This document shows, one piece after another, positions 13,119-26,430 of a stretch of 64,000 bases of DNA. The position numbers and the translations under genes are program-made. Every line of letters begins with the position of its first letter. Position 1 is the first letter of the stretch. The notes below the pieces were generated by a model. That model saw only the letters and a program-made list of their open reading frames with translations. It searched no databases and was not told the DNA's origin. Origin of the DNA: Psilocybe cubensis (Eukaryota); NCBI GenBank assembly GCA_017499595.2, contig CM039002.1:3224001-3288000 (forward strand), given 5' to 3'.

Positions 13119-13987
13119 TCAACAGTCAGAATCAACATCTATGCCGGTCCAATTGCTGTTCGTTGAAGTATAGTGGCTTCGAATAATGGGGTCCCATAAT
13201 ACATTTAAATTGTCGATACCTTCAAGAAAGAGGAGCAATTCCTGATGGCGAGACCGGCATTTTCGCAGGTCGAACGTGTGAATTGGGAGGTTAGATTCTC
13301 GCCGCCGGGAGAGAAATCTCATAATAGCAGCTGGATCCAATGCAAGCTCAAGACCATCGACAAAGACCAATCTTTTCAGGCGGGGAAAGATATTAGGTGC
13401 GAATAAGAGCACCTTGCTAAGCCATTCTAACGTGTATGACTGCGTGTAGATGGTATCGACGGAGCAGAAGGCGTACAAAAAAGAGTGTAAATCGGGGTTT
13501 TTTGGATCAATATGTTGGCACGAGACCTCCATTTCGAGACTTGTGATCTTGGCAAAGTCGCATTCTACGAAGGCAGACAGCAAGGTGACGCATATGGACA
13601 AGCTGATCTCTGATACCTGTTCCGAGTTATAGAATCGGAAAATCATACGGTGATTTTCGTTGAGCAGATCCGAATCTTTAAAATCGTCAAATCCCATTCG
13701 TCATTTGTAAATTTCCAGTACATTGACTCTACAGAGTGAATGCCGATAGAACTCGAGAAATGACGAGAGATCGAGCTCTGTAGAGACAACGCTTCTTCAA
13801 TTCCCAGAACCTTTCCGTACGGAATTGTAGATTTCAAAATCACACGGCATCCTGAAGGTGATGTGATGTGTCGCAACAAGGTAGCCGCGTGCTGCAACTG
13901 GCACCTCAGTTGGAGTAACCTGAGCCTGGATAGCGAAAGATAGGGATAGATTGACTCCGGCGCTGTCTCAACAATAGTCCTTCTCAA
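13119..13987 (-). pseudogene. C-terminal remnant of an F-box/LRR-type gene, frameshifted and 5'-truncated at the start of the TE nest
   Basis: Overlapping ORFs 13643-13987 and 13119-13697 carry LxxLxL motifs (LSRLRLLQL, FPRLKRLVF) and an agaric F-box-like tail (FLSRRRESNLPIHTFDL...LEGIDNLNVLW). Coding signal stops near 13990. Confidence 0.6.
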
Positions 13988-14781
13988 TTCTAAAAGTTAG
14001 AAAAAAAGTTTGAAAGTCAGACATGCGCTACTCTGCAAATATCTGCATAAATCCGCAATCCAGATATATGAGGAAATATACCAGTGTCTGCCTTTGGATA
14101 TTCACTAACCACGTCACAAACTAGGAACTCCCAAGGAGATTCTGGAACTTGGTACGAGTGTGAGGGATAAACTGTATCTGGATGGCATGAAAGTCAAGCT
14201 GGAGAGCACAAATCCGAGTACGTGTGTTCGATTATGCCTTTACGTCGCAAATGCTTATCTCTTCATCAGAATCAGAGTCTGTTCCGCCTTCTAAACGACG
14301 GCGACTTTGATATTGTACAACACATTGACACACATCTTGATTTACATACATGCCATGTTTTATTTAGTACTGAAAGGCGTGTATGTCCTGTAACATAATG
14401 ACGATTGTTTTATTATCTGTAGTTGTGTGCTGCTCGTATCGCCAGACCAATACGCAAATTCTCGCTGGGATGAAAGCTTCTGGCTTTACTGTAACTGCTG
14501 TGCGTTTGAATTTATCATCAAGGTCAATGAAATCAACTAACTTACGTTTGTTGATGCTTCTTCCACCCACTTCAAAAAATGTGTTAGTGTCTTTGTTCTG
14601 GTGCGTATATACAGTAAAGCTCTTCCGAAGCCCTCCTTGGATTGTACTACGGATTGGTTGAATACTAACCCATGTGAAATTTGTTTGTATTAACGGAGAC
14701 ATAATCAGATAACATTTATAGACCCACTGCACGTTACTGAACATTACATTATCAGTTTTTTTTTCGTATCTTCGCTTTTGT

Positions 14782-17700
14782 ATGAGTCGTTGTTTCAACA
14801 TGGGAAAGGGCAAGGGCAAGAGAACTCAGGAAATCTGTGTGCGTTGTCCTCGATGCAACAAGCCATTCGCTAAGCATGCAGATGTCCAAAATCACATCAA
14901 TCAACCAAAATCGGCATGTCGTTTTCAATATGAGAACGTTATGCATTTTCAGTCCAATCGTTCAAGCTCTACATCTAGATCAGCAACCCCCGTATCTCGA
15001 GACCCTTCTCCCGAAATTGGTAATTTTATGGAAGTGGACTATATCGACAATTTTCTTGGCGCGTCATCAGAGATGGAAGATGACCCACCCCCCAAGGCAT
15101 CAAAATACAGCTATCCGTACGTGAAGGAGGATTATAACGGGGCTGGAAGAGCATTTGGAACAGGCCTTACATTCATGGATCAGCTCAAACAGGATCAATT
15201 CGAACCCCAGCGGGCGGAAAATTTGTACTATCCTTTTGCCTCGAAAGATGAATGGGAGCTCTCCCTGTTCCTACTTCGCTCTGACATGAGCGTAGGAATG
15301 CTGAATGATTTTTTGAAACTTGAACTGGTAATTGAGCGTACATTCCCATCATTATTTATTTCAGCTGAGTCGATCCCGTATAGATAAAAAAACTTAACTT
15401 GTCCTACAAGTCAGCAAAAGATCTACGCAACCAGGCAGAGATCCTTCCCTCTGGTCCGCAGTGGAAGAGTCAAACGATCATACCAGAAATACCAAGCAAA
15501 AATCAGCTAACGCTTTTTTACCGCGATGGATTGGAATGTATCAAGGCGCTTCTCATCAGTCCCTTGCTCCAAGATAGCATGCACTTTAGCCCATTCAAGC
15601 TCTTCGACAAGTGCAACGAGATGATGCGGGTATACACTGAGTGGTTTAGCGGTGACATTGCGCATTTTATGCAGGTTAGTAGCAATGCCTTTGTCCAAGT
15701 TTGACGACAGTATAACAAGGTTCCCAAGGACCAGCTCCCAAAAGGAGCAACACTTGTACCTCCTATTATTTCCACGGATAAAACCAACATTTCCAACATG
15801 ACCGGAGGCCGTGTCGCCTACCCTGGCCTTATCAGCATTGCCAACATAATGATGAACGTTAGAAACAAATCGTCAAATCATTTATTCCTTCTTTTTGTTC
15901 TTCTTCCCATACCAAAGTTTCTTCATCGCTCCAAAGCTGTGAATGGGATGATGGCAGCACGGCTATATCACCAGTGCATGGACATTGCTCTAGAATTGGT
16001 CAAACAAACTGCGAGGGTGGGAACCACCATGGCAGATGCATTGGGGAATAATCGTTTCTGCTTTACACCGCTTGCTGCCCTTATCGTTGATACTCCAGAA
16101 TCTGCTCTGGCGGCTTGCGTCGCAGGATCCACATCCTCTGTGACGTTGGCACAATACGAGACGTTTGGGGATTCCTTTCGCCACCCTTCCCGAACTGCAG
16201 ATCATACAATCAACACCATCATGGCCATCAACAATGTTAAGCCCCCTAATCATCTCGAACCATATCTAAAAGAAAGCAAAAAGCACCGTCTCAATGGGGT
16301 TCACCTACCGTTTTGGAGAGATTGGCCCTTGTCTGATCCTTCTGCATTCCTTACGCCTGAACCCCTTCATCACTGGCACAAGATGTTCTGGGATCATGAT
16401 GCAAAATGGTGCATTGCTGCAGTCGGAGGTTCCGAATTGGATTTTCGATTTTCGATTTTACAGCACCGCACTGGTTTCCGACACTTCAAGGAAGGGATTT
16501 CTTCCTTGAAACAAGTGACCGGTAGGGAACATCGGGACGTTCAGCGATACATTGTTGCTCTCATTGCAGACACAGTCAGTACACCCTTTATCTTAGCCAT
16601 CCGGTCTCTGATGGACTTTCGGTATCTCGCACAATCTCAAACAATCTCCGAGGCAATGTGTCTCAGAATTGAGCAGGCACTGCAAGATTTCCATGCCAAT
16701 AAACAAGCCATCCTTGACGCGGGAGCACGTCGAGGTAAAAAAAACAACCCAATCGATAATTTCTATATTCCAAAACTCGAGTTTTTGCAAAGTGTAGTAC
16801 ACACAATTAGACTAAATGGATGTGCAATCCAATGGTCTGCAGACACGACAGAGCATGCACATATCGAGGTGGTCAAAGCCCCTTCCAGTTCCAGCAATAA
16901 TCAAAGATACGAGCCTCAAGTTTGTCGATACCTTGATCGTCGTGACAAATTGCGCAATTTCGATTTGTTTACAGCTATACGAGAAATGAGGATCGATTTT
17001 TGGGCTATACACTCTGCAACAATTACGGATGAGGAGGAGCAGGAGGAGGGGGATGAGGGGGAGGAAAACGGCGAGGTTGTGATGGACACAACGTCAGAAC
17101 TTCTTTCAACAATCATGCTGATGACAACCTTTCAATCAGCAAAGTCCAATCGCATTGTGGATTACTTCTACAAAGCTAGTCTCTATGAGCGTGGCGTATT
17201 GGAAGGCCCAGTCCCCTACAGAACATTTTCTTGCAGCAAAAACATTGTTGCCCATTTATCTAGGGATGCTAGTTCCAAAAGATTGCATATCGACGAGGTT
17301 GCGAGCATTTTTAAAATTCCCGACCTACGACCAGCAATTGCCGATTATGTGTCACTCATCAATAAGGAATCAAATCCGAGACAGACCAATTCTCGAGGTT
17401 ATCACATCAAGGGGATAACTGGCAGGCGTGTTTCTCCTCCCGGTTGTCCGTTGCCGTATTCAAAACTTGAGGTATGGCATAAGGTCCGTATACAGTCGAC
17501 TGCGTACCAATACCCTCATGAGATCCTGGAGGCAGTCACACTTAATGCATATCCGCCATCTAACAAACATCCTTTTGGATACTTCGATTCAGCAATCATA
17601 AACGTGGATGAATCTGAGGAGTGGCCTCGCAGCGGGCTTCAAGGTAGTACTTCTTTGTGACTTTTTTCCGAACCCCGTTGACCAGCCAATATTGTAGGCC

Positions 17701-18086
17701 ATTCTGTCGTCGACATTCGTATTATTTTTCGCATTGTCGGAGAGACACCCAGTACTGTGTCTCCCAATATTACTGGAAGATTTCTCGCATACGTCCAACG
17801 TTTTGAGGTTTTAAATCAGCCACAGTCTCTAGGTTCTGCGATCCGTGGACCTTACCCAGAGCCAATAACCGGCATGTATAAATTAAAACGAAGTCAACGT
17901 ACAGATAACACCATTATGGGTGGAATTTTACCATTGAATCAAATACGCTCCCTGGTTGATCTGGTCCCTCAGATGGGCGAGAAGGCAAGGCGAAGCCTTA
18001 CTACACATAACAGTCATTCCACTAGCACCGAGTTCCGATTAAACAAATATTTTGACAAAGAACTCTATTTGGCCCTGTCATCATAA
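14782..18086 (+). mobile_element. Plavaka-family transposase gene (spliced) with N-terminal zinc finger
   Basis: Motifs CPRC...HINQ; YYPFASKDEWEL; LFYRDGLECI; RVYTEWFSGD; GATLVPPIISTDKT; DTPE; EPLHHWHK; FRHFKEGISSLKQVTGREHR; DTTEHAH. Introns at ~15328-15384, ~15675-15710 (or 15728) and ~17644-17697. Element termini not identified. Confidence 0.88.
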
Positions 18087-18189
18087 CATATCCACCTCAG
18101 GAAACCCACAAAGTTTTCAATCCCTAATGCACATTGCCACTCAAATTATCACCCAACACGCCGGCCTCGTTGTACACAAAGACGACTCG

Positions 18190-18690
18190 GATCAATATCA
18201 ACAGCCGCTTCTCACCAGTCCCGCTTTCTCACACTGTATCATCGTCACCTACTGCATATCCCTCCATCCATCTCATCTCTGCAGAATCAAGTCGTTCTCG
18301 CTCATCTTCCGCTCACCACTGCCCAAACTCCAAAGGATTCTTCCCAGAGTGCCTCTTCCTCTAAACAAAAATTCGCCTCCAGTCTTGTCGGTCCGTCCTG
18401 TCCTCAATTAGCGCCCATCTTGCCGGAGATACTCACTTTATTTTTTCAATTCCATTGCAGATTAAGCTGTCAGCACCTTATCTGAGATCTGGCGCCCTCA
18501 AGACATTCCCTCCCTATTTCTACCCACTGAAGTCCTTTGAGGATTGAGGACATCTGGAAACATACTGCAGACAGCACTATGTTATCTCGAAGCCATTCGT
18601 CCCAAGGTTCCCAAAATTTGCAAGAGGAAAGCATTGGCCTCTCTCCCACAATCCATACCTGCCATGCCTCTGTATTATTACCTACTGAAT
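18190..18690 (+). pseudogene. Degenerate, internally deleted tandem copy of the cyclin gene 5' region
   Basis: ~18270-18515 matches ~18700-18960, and ~18548-18640 matches ~19195-19288, with substitutions. Confidence 0.75.
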
Positions 18691-18699
18691 ACCCCTCCA

Positions 18700-19770
18700 T
18701 CCGTCTCATTTCTGCAGAATCAAGTCGTTCTCACTCATCTATTCCACCCACCACTGCGCAAATTCCAAAGGATTCTTCCCAGAGCGCCTCTTCTTCTAAA
18801 CAAAAATTTTTTTCAAGGCTTGCCGGTCCGTCCTGTCCTCAATTAGCGCCCACCTTGCCAGAGATACTCACTTTATTTTTTAAATTCCATTGCAGATCAA
18901 GCTGTCAGCACCTTGTCCGAGATCTGGCACCCTCAGGATATTCCTTCCGTGTTCCTACCCCCCGCCAAAGTAGGGGGTAGCTCTTTTCCTCCTACTCATT
19001 CCCGTCCAACTTCCAAGCAGATCTCTTCCGATTTGCAATCCATAGCGTCTCATACACATCCAATACATCCACACAACAGTCATCCCTCCGTATCCGGCCA
19101 TAACCCTTCCCCGACCCTCTTGCTTGCCTCGGGCACCAAATCCGATCAGATATTACCCCTCAAGTCTTTTGTTTATAAAGTCCTTCGCCACTCAAGGACA
19201 TCTAAAAACGTACTGCAGATAGCACTATGTTATCTAGAATCCATTCGTCCCAAGGTCCCACAGATTTTGCAAGAGGAAAACATCGGCATTCGCTCTTATG
19301 CTCAGCCCAAAAGCAGTATTCAGAAAGCTACCCCAGAAGAGCTGGCGATGGATGCTGAGCTTACTGCTCTTGAGAACTCCGGCAAGATCAACATCATCAA
19401 TAATTTCATTGACAATTCTATGCAAACATTCTGTGTTGCCGATTCTGGTTCACAAGATCTGGCTGAATCGTGCATCTATCCACAAGACTCTCTGTCCAGC
19501 GTAGATGTGCAGGTCTCAACGGCTCCTCTTTCCACCACCCTTTCTTTGCCATCTCCCCTCCTGTGTCCCCGTAGAGCCTTTCTGGCATCCCTCATCCTGG
19601 CCTCCAAATTTTCACAAGAAAAGTGTTATTCTAACCGTGCTTGGGCAAGGTTATCTGGTCTCCCACCTCGTGAAATTGGTCGCTGCGAATGTGCCCTCGC
19701 ACAAGCCTTGCAATGGCGACTCTGGGTCGGCAAATGCGCCTTTGGTGAGAATGCTGCAACTGCCACATAG
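18700..19770 (+). CDS. Pho80/Pcl-type (Clg1/Pas1-like) cyclin-box protein inside the transposon region
   Basis: LPLKSFVYKVLRHSRTSKNVLQIALCYL and LLCPRRAFLASLILASKFSQEKCYSNRAWARLSGLPPREIGRCECALAQALQWRLWV. Probable intron ~18826-18895 before DQAVSTLSEIWHPQDIP. ORF ends ~13 codons after the cyclin box; start uncertain. Confidence 0.8.
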
Positions 19771-20014
19771 TCTCAATAAGTTTCAACTTTCACGACCGCG
19801 CCATGTAGTACGCATTCTCAATAATCACTCTTTTGCTTGCCACCACTATGCGCGCTCCTCCCGCATTCAGTTAGATAGGCATCTTCTTAGACTAGCCTAG
19901 AAAAATCTATAGAACTTTGTTTTACGTATACAGAACCCCTGAAGAATTTTTATACCCGCGAAGTTTGTTTTCAGCTTGAATTCCAACTACGACAAAGTGA
20001 GCGTATCACACACC

Positions 20015-20565
20015 ATGCAAATCATCAGCTATGAGGAAATTTTACGAATCAAAGCAGAAGTATTGGCCCCTACTTTCCCAGATCTAATACATCCTACAAC
20101 TTTCCTAGAGGCCGCCTCACTTGCTTCTCAAAGACAGCAATACGACTTGGAAATGGCTCAGTTAGTTGAGCAGACCCAAAAAATGGTCCTTTTGACCGAG
20201 AACAGGCTGATACTGGCCATCCTGGCCCTTTTCAACGAAATTAACTGGACCACCCTGGACCCAAGGTTACTATCGTTGGCTAAAGCCAAGATTACCGAGG
20301 GTGACCAGTGGCTCAAAGCACGAGCCGTGAGTTTTCTGTTTCTTCAAGTTTCAAGTTGATACTCTTGCTTAAGATAACTAGGAGGAGACACTTCGGGATG
20401 CAGACTCAGGCAGCCCCGAGCACATATTGACCCAAGGGATGTCCATTATAGCCAACGGCCAGATTCATATTCGAACGGTAGAGGTGAGTCACAGTGATAA
20501 CTACTTTGTTTCTACACTTTCTTAGTAATGGGCAGGATCTCATACGAGAATGTCAGGATCATTAA
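20015..20565 (+). CDS. Small spliced hypothetical helical protein (transposon cargo?)
   Basis: ORF MQIISYEEILRIKAE... followed by GT..AG intron-like segments (~20327-20381, ~20484-20537). Confidence 0.4.
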
Positions 20566-20879
20566 TAGGGTCAAGATACTACATTGTAAATAGACACTTA
20601 ATTGCCTTTAAAAATGTACATTTTATTGCTTGATATGATTGAAGAGCTTTACTGAGACCAATCACATTGGACATCAAACTCTCCTAAGTCTGGAATCGTA
20701 CATAGAGATAGCTAGGAAAATCCAAAGCTCGCAGTAGTAATGTTGGAATGCTACAGAGCTCAACGGAGCATCCCGCCGATGACACATGACGCTATACTGT
20801 CTACAGCCCATTTTGATGCTACATCCGGTTGGCAGGACAATACGTTGAGTTACCTCCAAAAATCCGGATTTACTGATGT

Positions 20880-21297
20880 ATTCGGACTGCTCTCCCACCA
20901 GATCTTCCAACGTATACACCCTATCCGACGTAGGCCCTTGGTTCAAGGCTATGTAACCCGTGCTGGAAACAGGGATGTTTTCCGTTTGAAGGTCGCAGTG
21001 CGCCGGAGCCAATTTGTCAATGAGTTTGCTGTGGGCCCGAGCGCGAACATACGCGTCAGCCGCCTTGGATTCTTTCTGACGTTTTTTTGCCCGGGCGTTG
21101 TTGGCCGCCTTATTTCTTTTGACAACTCGTTTTTGCTGGCCTTCAGTGAGAGGGCGCTCCAGGGGTGTTGATGCGTAGGTAGTGGAGGCGATGGGGGTGT
21201 GAATACGAGGTGCTCGAAAATCAAACCCCGGGTCTTGTAATGCCGCCACAATGTGACCGGGGAGATCGAAAAACGCCTGCAACAGGGACGTGTGCAT
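20880..21297 (-). pseudogene. 5' remnant of a gene divergent from the KDZ transposase, possibly a TET/JBP-type 2OG-Fe(II) dioxygenase
   Basis: Basic stretch followed by DLQTENIPVSSTGYIA...YTLEDLVGEQSEY, which I recall as the leader of KDZ-associated agaric 2OG-Fe dioxygenases. The catalytic domain is absent and the sequence changes character at ~20880. Confidence 0.4.
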
Positions 21298-21366
21298 CCT
21301 ACGGTTTACGCGAGTTGTGAAGAGTTAGCTATGGGTAAGCGGTTGGGGCACAAAGGGTTTAAACCT

Positions 21367-21451
21367 CAGTGTATGTCCGTGCCCGAACATTCCTGAGGAA
21401 AACACCGCCTTTCGCAGTCCAACAGTGTATGTCCGTGCCCGAACATTCCTG
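21367..21451 (+). repeat. 29-bp perfect direct repeat in the divergent intergenic region
   Basis: CAGTGTATGTCCGTGCCCGAACATTCCTG at 21367-21395 and 21423-21451. Confidence 0.9.
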
Positions 21452-21683
21452 TTTTCTTGCCAGAGGGAGGGTGTGGAAACAAAGGGGGAAGGAAAGAGTG
21501 CTTGAAGACTTACCTTTCACGTTCAAATGTTGGTTGAGATCTAAGCGAGTTGGATTGACGATGACGACAAAGATTAATGAATATTTCCCACGAGCGCGTG
21601 ACTGCACTCAATGATTCCGAGTAGACCCTGAATAATGGTGAGTTGTCAATGCAAGCTTTTTACCTTTAACGCATAACCTTAAT

Positions 21684-24600
21684 ATGTCAAACTCTGACAG
21701 GCCCTCTAAGCGATCATGCACTGGTCGTTCATCATATCACGACACTGTGCCCAGCTTGAATAGGCACGATGTCATCCACGTCAGCGAAGGGACAATTCGA
21801 AATATAGGAGGAGTTTTTCGAGCGACTCGCAGATTTGAGTCGCCTCAACGTGTCGCTGGAACTTGGGAGCAAGTCACGTCTTGGGAACCGCCGGATGACG
21901 AAGAATATGCTTTAAATCCCGACGGGATTTTTACAATACCGTCGTAGATCAGGAGGTGGTGGCCGAGGATGGCACAAAAGACACTGTAAAAAGACAACAG
22001 AGCAAGGTTTCGGTAAGAAATGAGTACGTTATGACAGCAGTAGACGCTAAAACCATGCATAGAAACGGCCTCACGTAGTTTGGAAAGAGACCCACCGTGA
22101 AACATATCTGGAAGAGATTCTTCGCTGGGCCGGGCGCGGTGACTTCCGCCATGCTACACAGTGTCCAGACTGCCTTGTACGAGGAGTAACGCCCGAGACT
22201 CCTGAATTCAGGTGTTGCGAATGCTTTTCGCCTGACCTCGTATGCCAGGCCTGCTGTGTGAAACGCCACAGATTACATCCCTTTCACCGAATTCAGGTAA
22301 GCTGTTTGGCATCCAGTTATCATCTAATATTATCTTTAACATACCTATCTTGTAGAGATGGACCGGCACCCACTTTTTGGCAGTTTCTCTAAACACAATT
22401 GGGGGAAAAATTCAGCTGAATCATTCCAGCGGGTATTGCGAAAACCCAACGCCGTGTCATGCCAGTTTTTTGGTGCTCCATACGAATGGAATTCATTCGG
22501 TCAACTTATTTTACTGTAACTGCTCCAGAGCTATCCCTCATCACTTGCAATTACTCCGACGACGGCTATACCCAGCTTCACAAATTACTCCAAAAACAGT
22601 TGCAACTTTTGAGTTGCTGCGTCATCTCCATAAAATGGCATTAACTACCAAGGCCTCGACATATGACTTTTATCGCGCTCTTGAAAAGTCAACAAACAAC
22701 ACAGGGATTAACCTCCCACCCTCGCGTTACCCTGCACTATTCCGGATGATTCTTCAATGGCGGCATTTACAAATGCTAAAGTGGGCGGGGAGAGGGCATA
22801 GCCCCACAGGGGCTGCAGGTACAGGCAAGGGTGAGCTTGCAATTCAGTGCCCGTCTTGCCCACATCCCAGTATAAATCTTCCTGTTGGCTGGGAAAATGC
22901 GCCAGACGAAATGAAGTGAGTTATATTGATGTTCACTAGTATCCGATAGCTAACGTTACTACAGATTCCTCTATATGGTTATGATATGCATGGACGCCAA
23001 CTTCCGATTAAAAAATCAGATGGTGTCTAACTGGTCTCAAGACCCTGGGCTTGGAATCGGGTGGGCGTATATGATACCACTCAAAGGATATGAGGAGTAT
23101 GTCAAGAGCCGGCTGTCAGACAAAGACGTAAGATTCAAGAGTTTGAATAGCTATTGGTTACTGATACCGGGTCTAGATAAGCACATGCGTTGGGTTTCAA
23201 GCACTAGCCAAGGCCAATACAAAATTTTCAATTGGACTACGTTACACGGGCCTGGGACTTACAGTATGCGGTCGCTCAGAGATGATTATGAGAGTTGGAA
23301 ATCTACATAAGGGAGAAAGGTGCGTGCTATCAATTTAATGCTAGATGAATTTGTGTTCTAAGAATTCATAGATATGCCAACATGGACTACATTTTTGCTT
23401 CAATTCTTCGAACATTGGCTGTACAATTTGTGCTGGCAAGCTACGATATAGCTTGTCAGTGGTTCATCAATCTTCTTCGGCGAATCGAAACACAGTGGCC
23501 AGATGAAATCAAGCCACGTTCCAACATCACACTGATGCCCGCAATCCCCAAGCTGCATGAGCCAATGCACAAGCAGCAAAATCATGAGCTATACTCCTAC
23601 AACTACATGCCTGGTGTTGGTTTATCAGACGGAGAGTGCCCCGAGCGTGTATGGGCGCCGCACAATGTCCTGGCAAACGCAACCAAGACTCAGGGTCCGG
23701 CCGGGTTCACGACATGACACTCTTGACGACCATTTCGGCTTTTGGAATTGGCTCAAATATACGTCGATGGGAACTACGTTGCTTCGAAAGTATAAAAATG
23801 CGGTGGCTCAGCGAAATATTCAGACAGAGGGCCATCGGGGCTTGACAGATTCTTTGGAAGACCCAAGACTTGTGCCTGCATGGGAGAAAATGTGTGTCAA
23901 ATGGGAGAAAGATCCCTTTCCAAAAACCACAGCAAAAAACCCATATTATGTGAAGGAGACTGGTAAGTGATCCCACCTATATTCATCTATCATATGCCTG
24001 ATTAGGTATAGGTGCATCTGAAGCTGAAGTCAAGAAGGCCCTTCACGATGAAGAGGCTGAATTTTTATCTAAAGGTGGAACGTTACCGCACAAAACTACC
24101 CCGTCTGTCTTTATTGGTATGGGCCTAGACCTTGAGGAAGCACAGTAAGTTATATTCCTCGTCTACAACATAAGACTTTAACTTATAACATGGGTGCAGG
24201 CGGCGACTTAAACGGCTAGCTACCAACACGAGTGCAGATGCCACTATTTGCCAAGAAGGCACACTCACGGAGCAGCGAAATATCCTCACTACACGCATTC
24301 GGGCATGGGAGCAACTTGTTCCCATCTATATGCCAGGACTGCTTCAGTATCAGACAGATAATCCGCCGACAGAGCAGTCAACGCACGCCGAAGACATTGT
24401 CCTGTGGCTTCCATCAATGGTACCCGCAGAATGCAGAGAAACTATCTGTGTGGCCGGCTTGGCTGATGTCGAACAGAAGCTGCGGATGGCGCATATGACC
24501 GACTCTTTGAATGCAATACGGCAGATTCTCAAAATCAAGTCACGAATGATTGAATTCAAAAATAAAAACATACGAGGACAACGTGGGGGAACCAGGTCAA

Positions 24601-25454
24601 CGTCAGTTATCGACCGCGTGCATGAGCGTGCACGATTTGCAGCAGGAAAATATCGTGCAGCTCGGAAAGCTTATTTCGAGTTGGCAGGACCTGGTAACTG
24701 GGAGCAGAATTACCGTGTACTTGCAGACGGAGATATTCGAGCATATCAAGATCCTGCTCGGCTAGGACCCAGAAAGGGACGCCGCGGAACGCTTGATGAT
24801 GAACAGGTCGCGGCAGGGATGGATGTAGAGAATCAGCCAGAAGAGGGGGATCTTTTCCTGTTCAACGAGGAGCGCACCAAGCGTCAAGGATCGGGTCAGA
24901 CACGGCGAACTCTGTCATGGATCTGGACGGTTTGTACCAATGCTGCAGACACAACAAGCGAAGAAGAGAAAGATGATCTCTTGCGTGTTGAATGGGCGAG
25001 GAGCCGAGCTAGGGTCATGCGCGCAAAAGAGGAGGTTTCGATGTTGAAGGAAGAGATGCGGCGAACATTAGTGTTTTTGGACTGGAAAGCTGCCTGGTGG
25101 CGAGAACGCAAAAACGCTATCTCTAACGCGAGTAGCGATCGCTTGGAGGCCATTTCCGCATTTGCCATTGTGCAAGCTGACCTTCAAGATTCCTTGGCGG
25201 AGCATTTCCAAAATCTGTGGCGGTCTCCATTACAAGAGGCAACATTGCGTGCTGCAGGTTCTTCAATTGCTGCCACTGAGCCCACATCAGTTTCTTCGAC
25301 TGACCCTGCCTCGACATTGACATTGCTTGGAGATGGAGATGAAGGTGATGATAACGGTGATGACGACGATGAGTACAACGAGGAAGAAATGTTTGAAGAG
25401 AGTGGTGTGGAGGAGTTGGATATCACTGCAAATAGTGTAGCAGCATTGGTGTAA
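21684..25454 (+). mobile_element. KDZ (Kyakuja-Dileera-Zisupton) transposase with CxC2 domain, multi-exon, frameshifted
   Basis: CxC2 region (HRLHPFHRI; IQLNH..C; LHTNGIHSV..YCNC; QLLRRRLYPAS; QCPSCPHP). KDZ core (ICMDANFRLK; KGE/YANMDYIF; SYDIACQW; PKLHEPMH; GLSDGECPERVW; RHDTLDDHFGFWNW). C-terminal LWLPS, LSWIW, LRVEWARSRAR and acidic tail. 4-bp frameshift at ~23697. Confidence 0.92.
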
Positions 25455-26430
25455 ATCAACATTAAATTCGTAGCTACATACTTTACATGCAATTTAGAAC
25501 GATATGTCGACGAGGAAAAAGGTTACAGAAATGCTGCCAAGCAAAGGTGGATAGCTGCCGCGTGCAGATAAGCTGCAAGAGATTCCAGCGGGAGTATGAC
25601 GCGGTATGACGAAGTGACAGGAACCATCCATCGCGTCTAAAAATACGCCTGCATCAGAGGCAGTGCCAGGCCCAGACCCGCAAGGGTGAGGGTGGGCAGG
25701 GGTGGGCCGAGATTGCGTCTAAAAATATACTTGCATCACTGATGAGTGATCATCAGGAGGCTGTGCGCGGTCCAGACCAGCAAGGGCGGTGTGGCACACG
25801 GCTACTGCACCCGCGAACATCCCAATCGGGAAGGCGCGCATTTAATTCCCCCGCGTCATCCAAACCCACCCCGACCAATCCATCCCGCCACCACCCCCGA
25901 ACCCTGCGCAAACAGCGCCGCCGCATTCTAGGCGCTGCTGGCTACCGACCCGTATTTTTTTCAGCCCAAACGGCGCCCCCAACGACGAGCAACGCTATTC
26001 CGAACGGCCGGCATGCGTATTGATGCATTGTTTGGTGCAGCTGCCCAGCACGTGCTCAGACGCGGCGAATGCATCAAATGTGGCAACTGGAAACTGCCAG
26101 GCTAGATATATACTGCCCACCTGGCAGTTTCCAGTATATGATACATCAGGACAGCAGGTAGAGGTGGCACTTTAGCGCGAGGTGTACTAAAAGGATCACC
26201 GTCTGATTCTGATTCTTCATCAGTAGTTGTCCATAATTCATTGTTGTCGGACATTGCAATAGAATACAGTAGACTGCAGTGACAATAAAAGGTAAAACAT
26301 GGTTGAACAGATATTAGACAATGATTGGTCCCCCTATTCCCAATTAGGCTTCGAGTCAATCAAATTGACAAAGCTCGACAGTCGAATAATTTTTCAAGCC
26401 TTCAATTTCAATTTCTCACCACATTTTATC

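Noticed and set aside
13990-20880. Terminal inverted repeats for the first Plavaka element
   Set aside because: Only a short TAAATCCG match was seen between the candidate ends; no convincing TIR or TSD.
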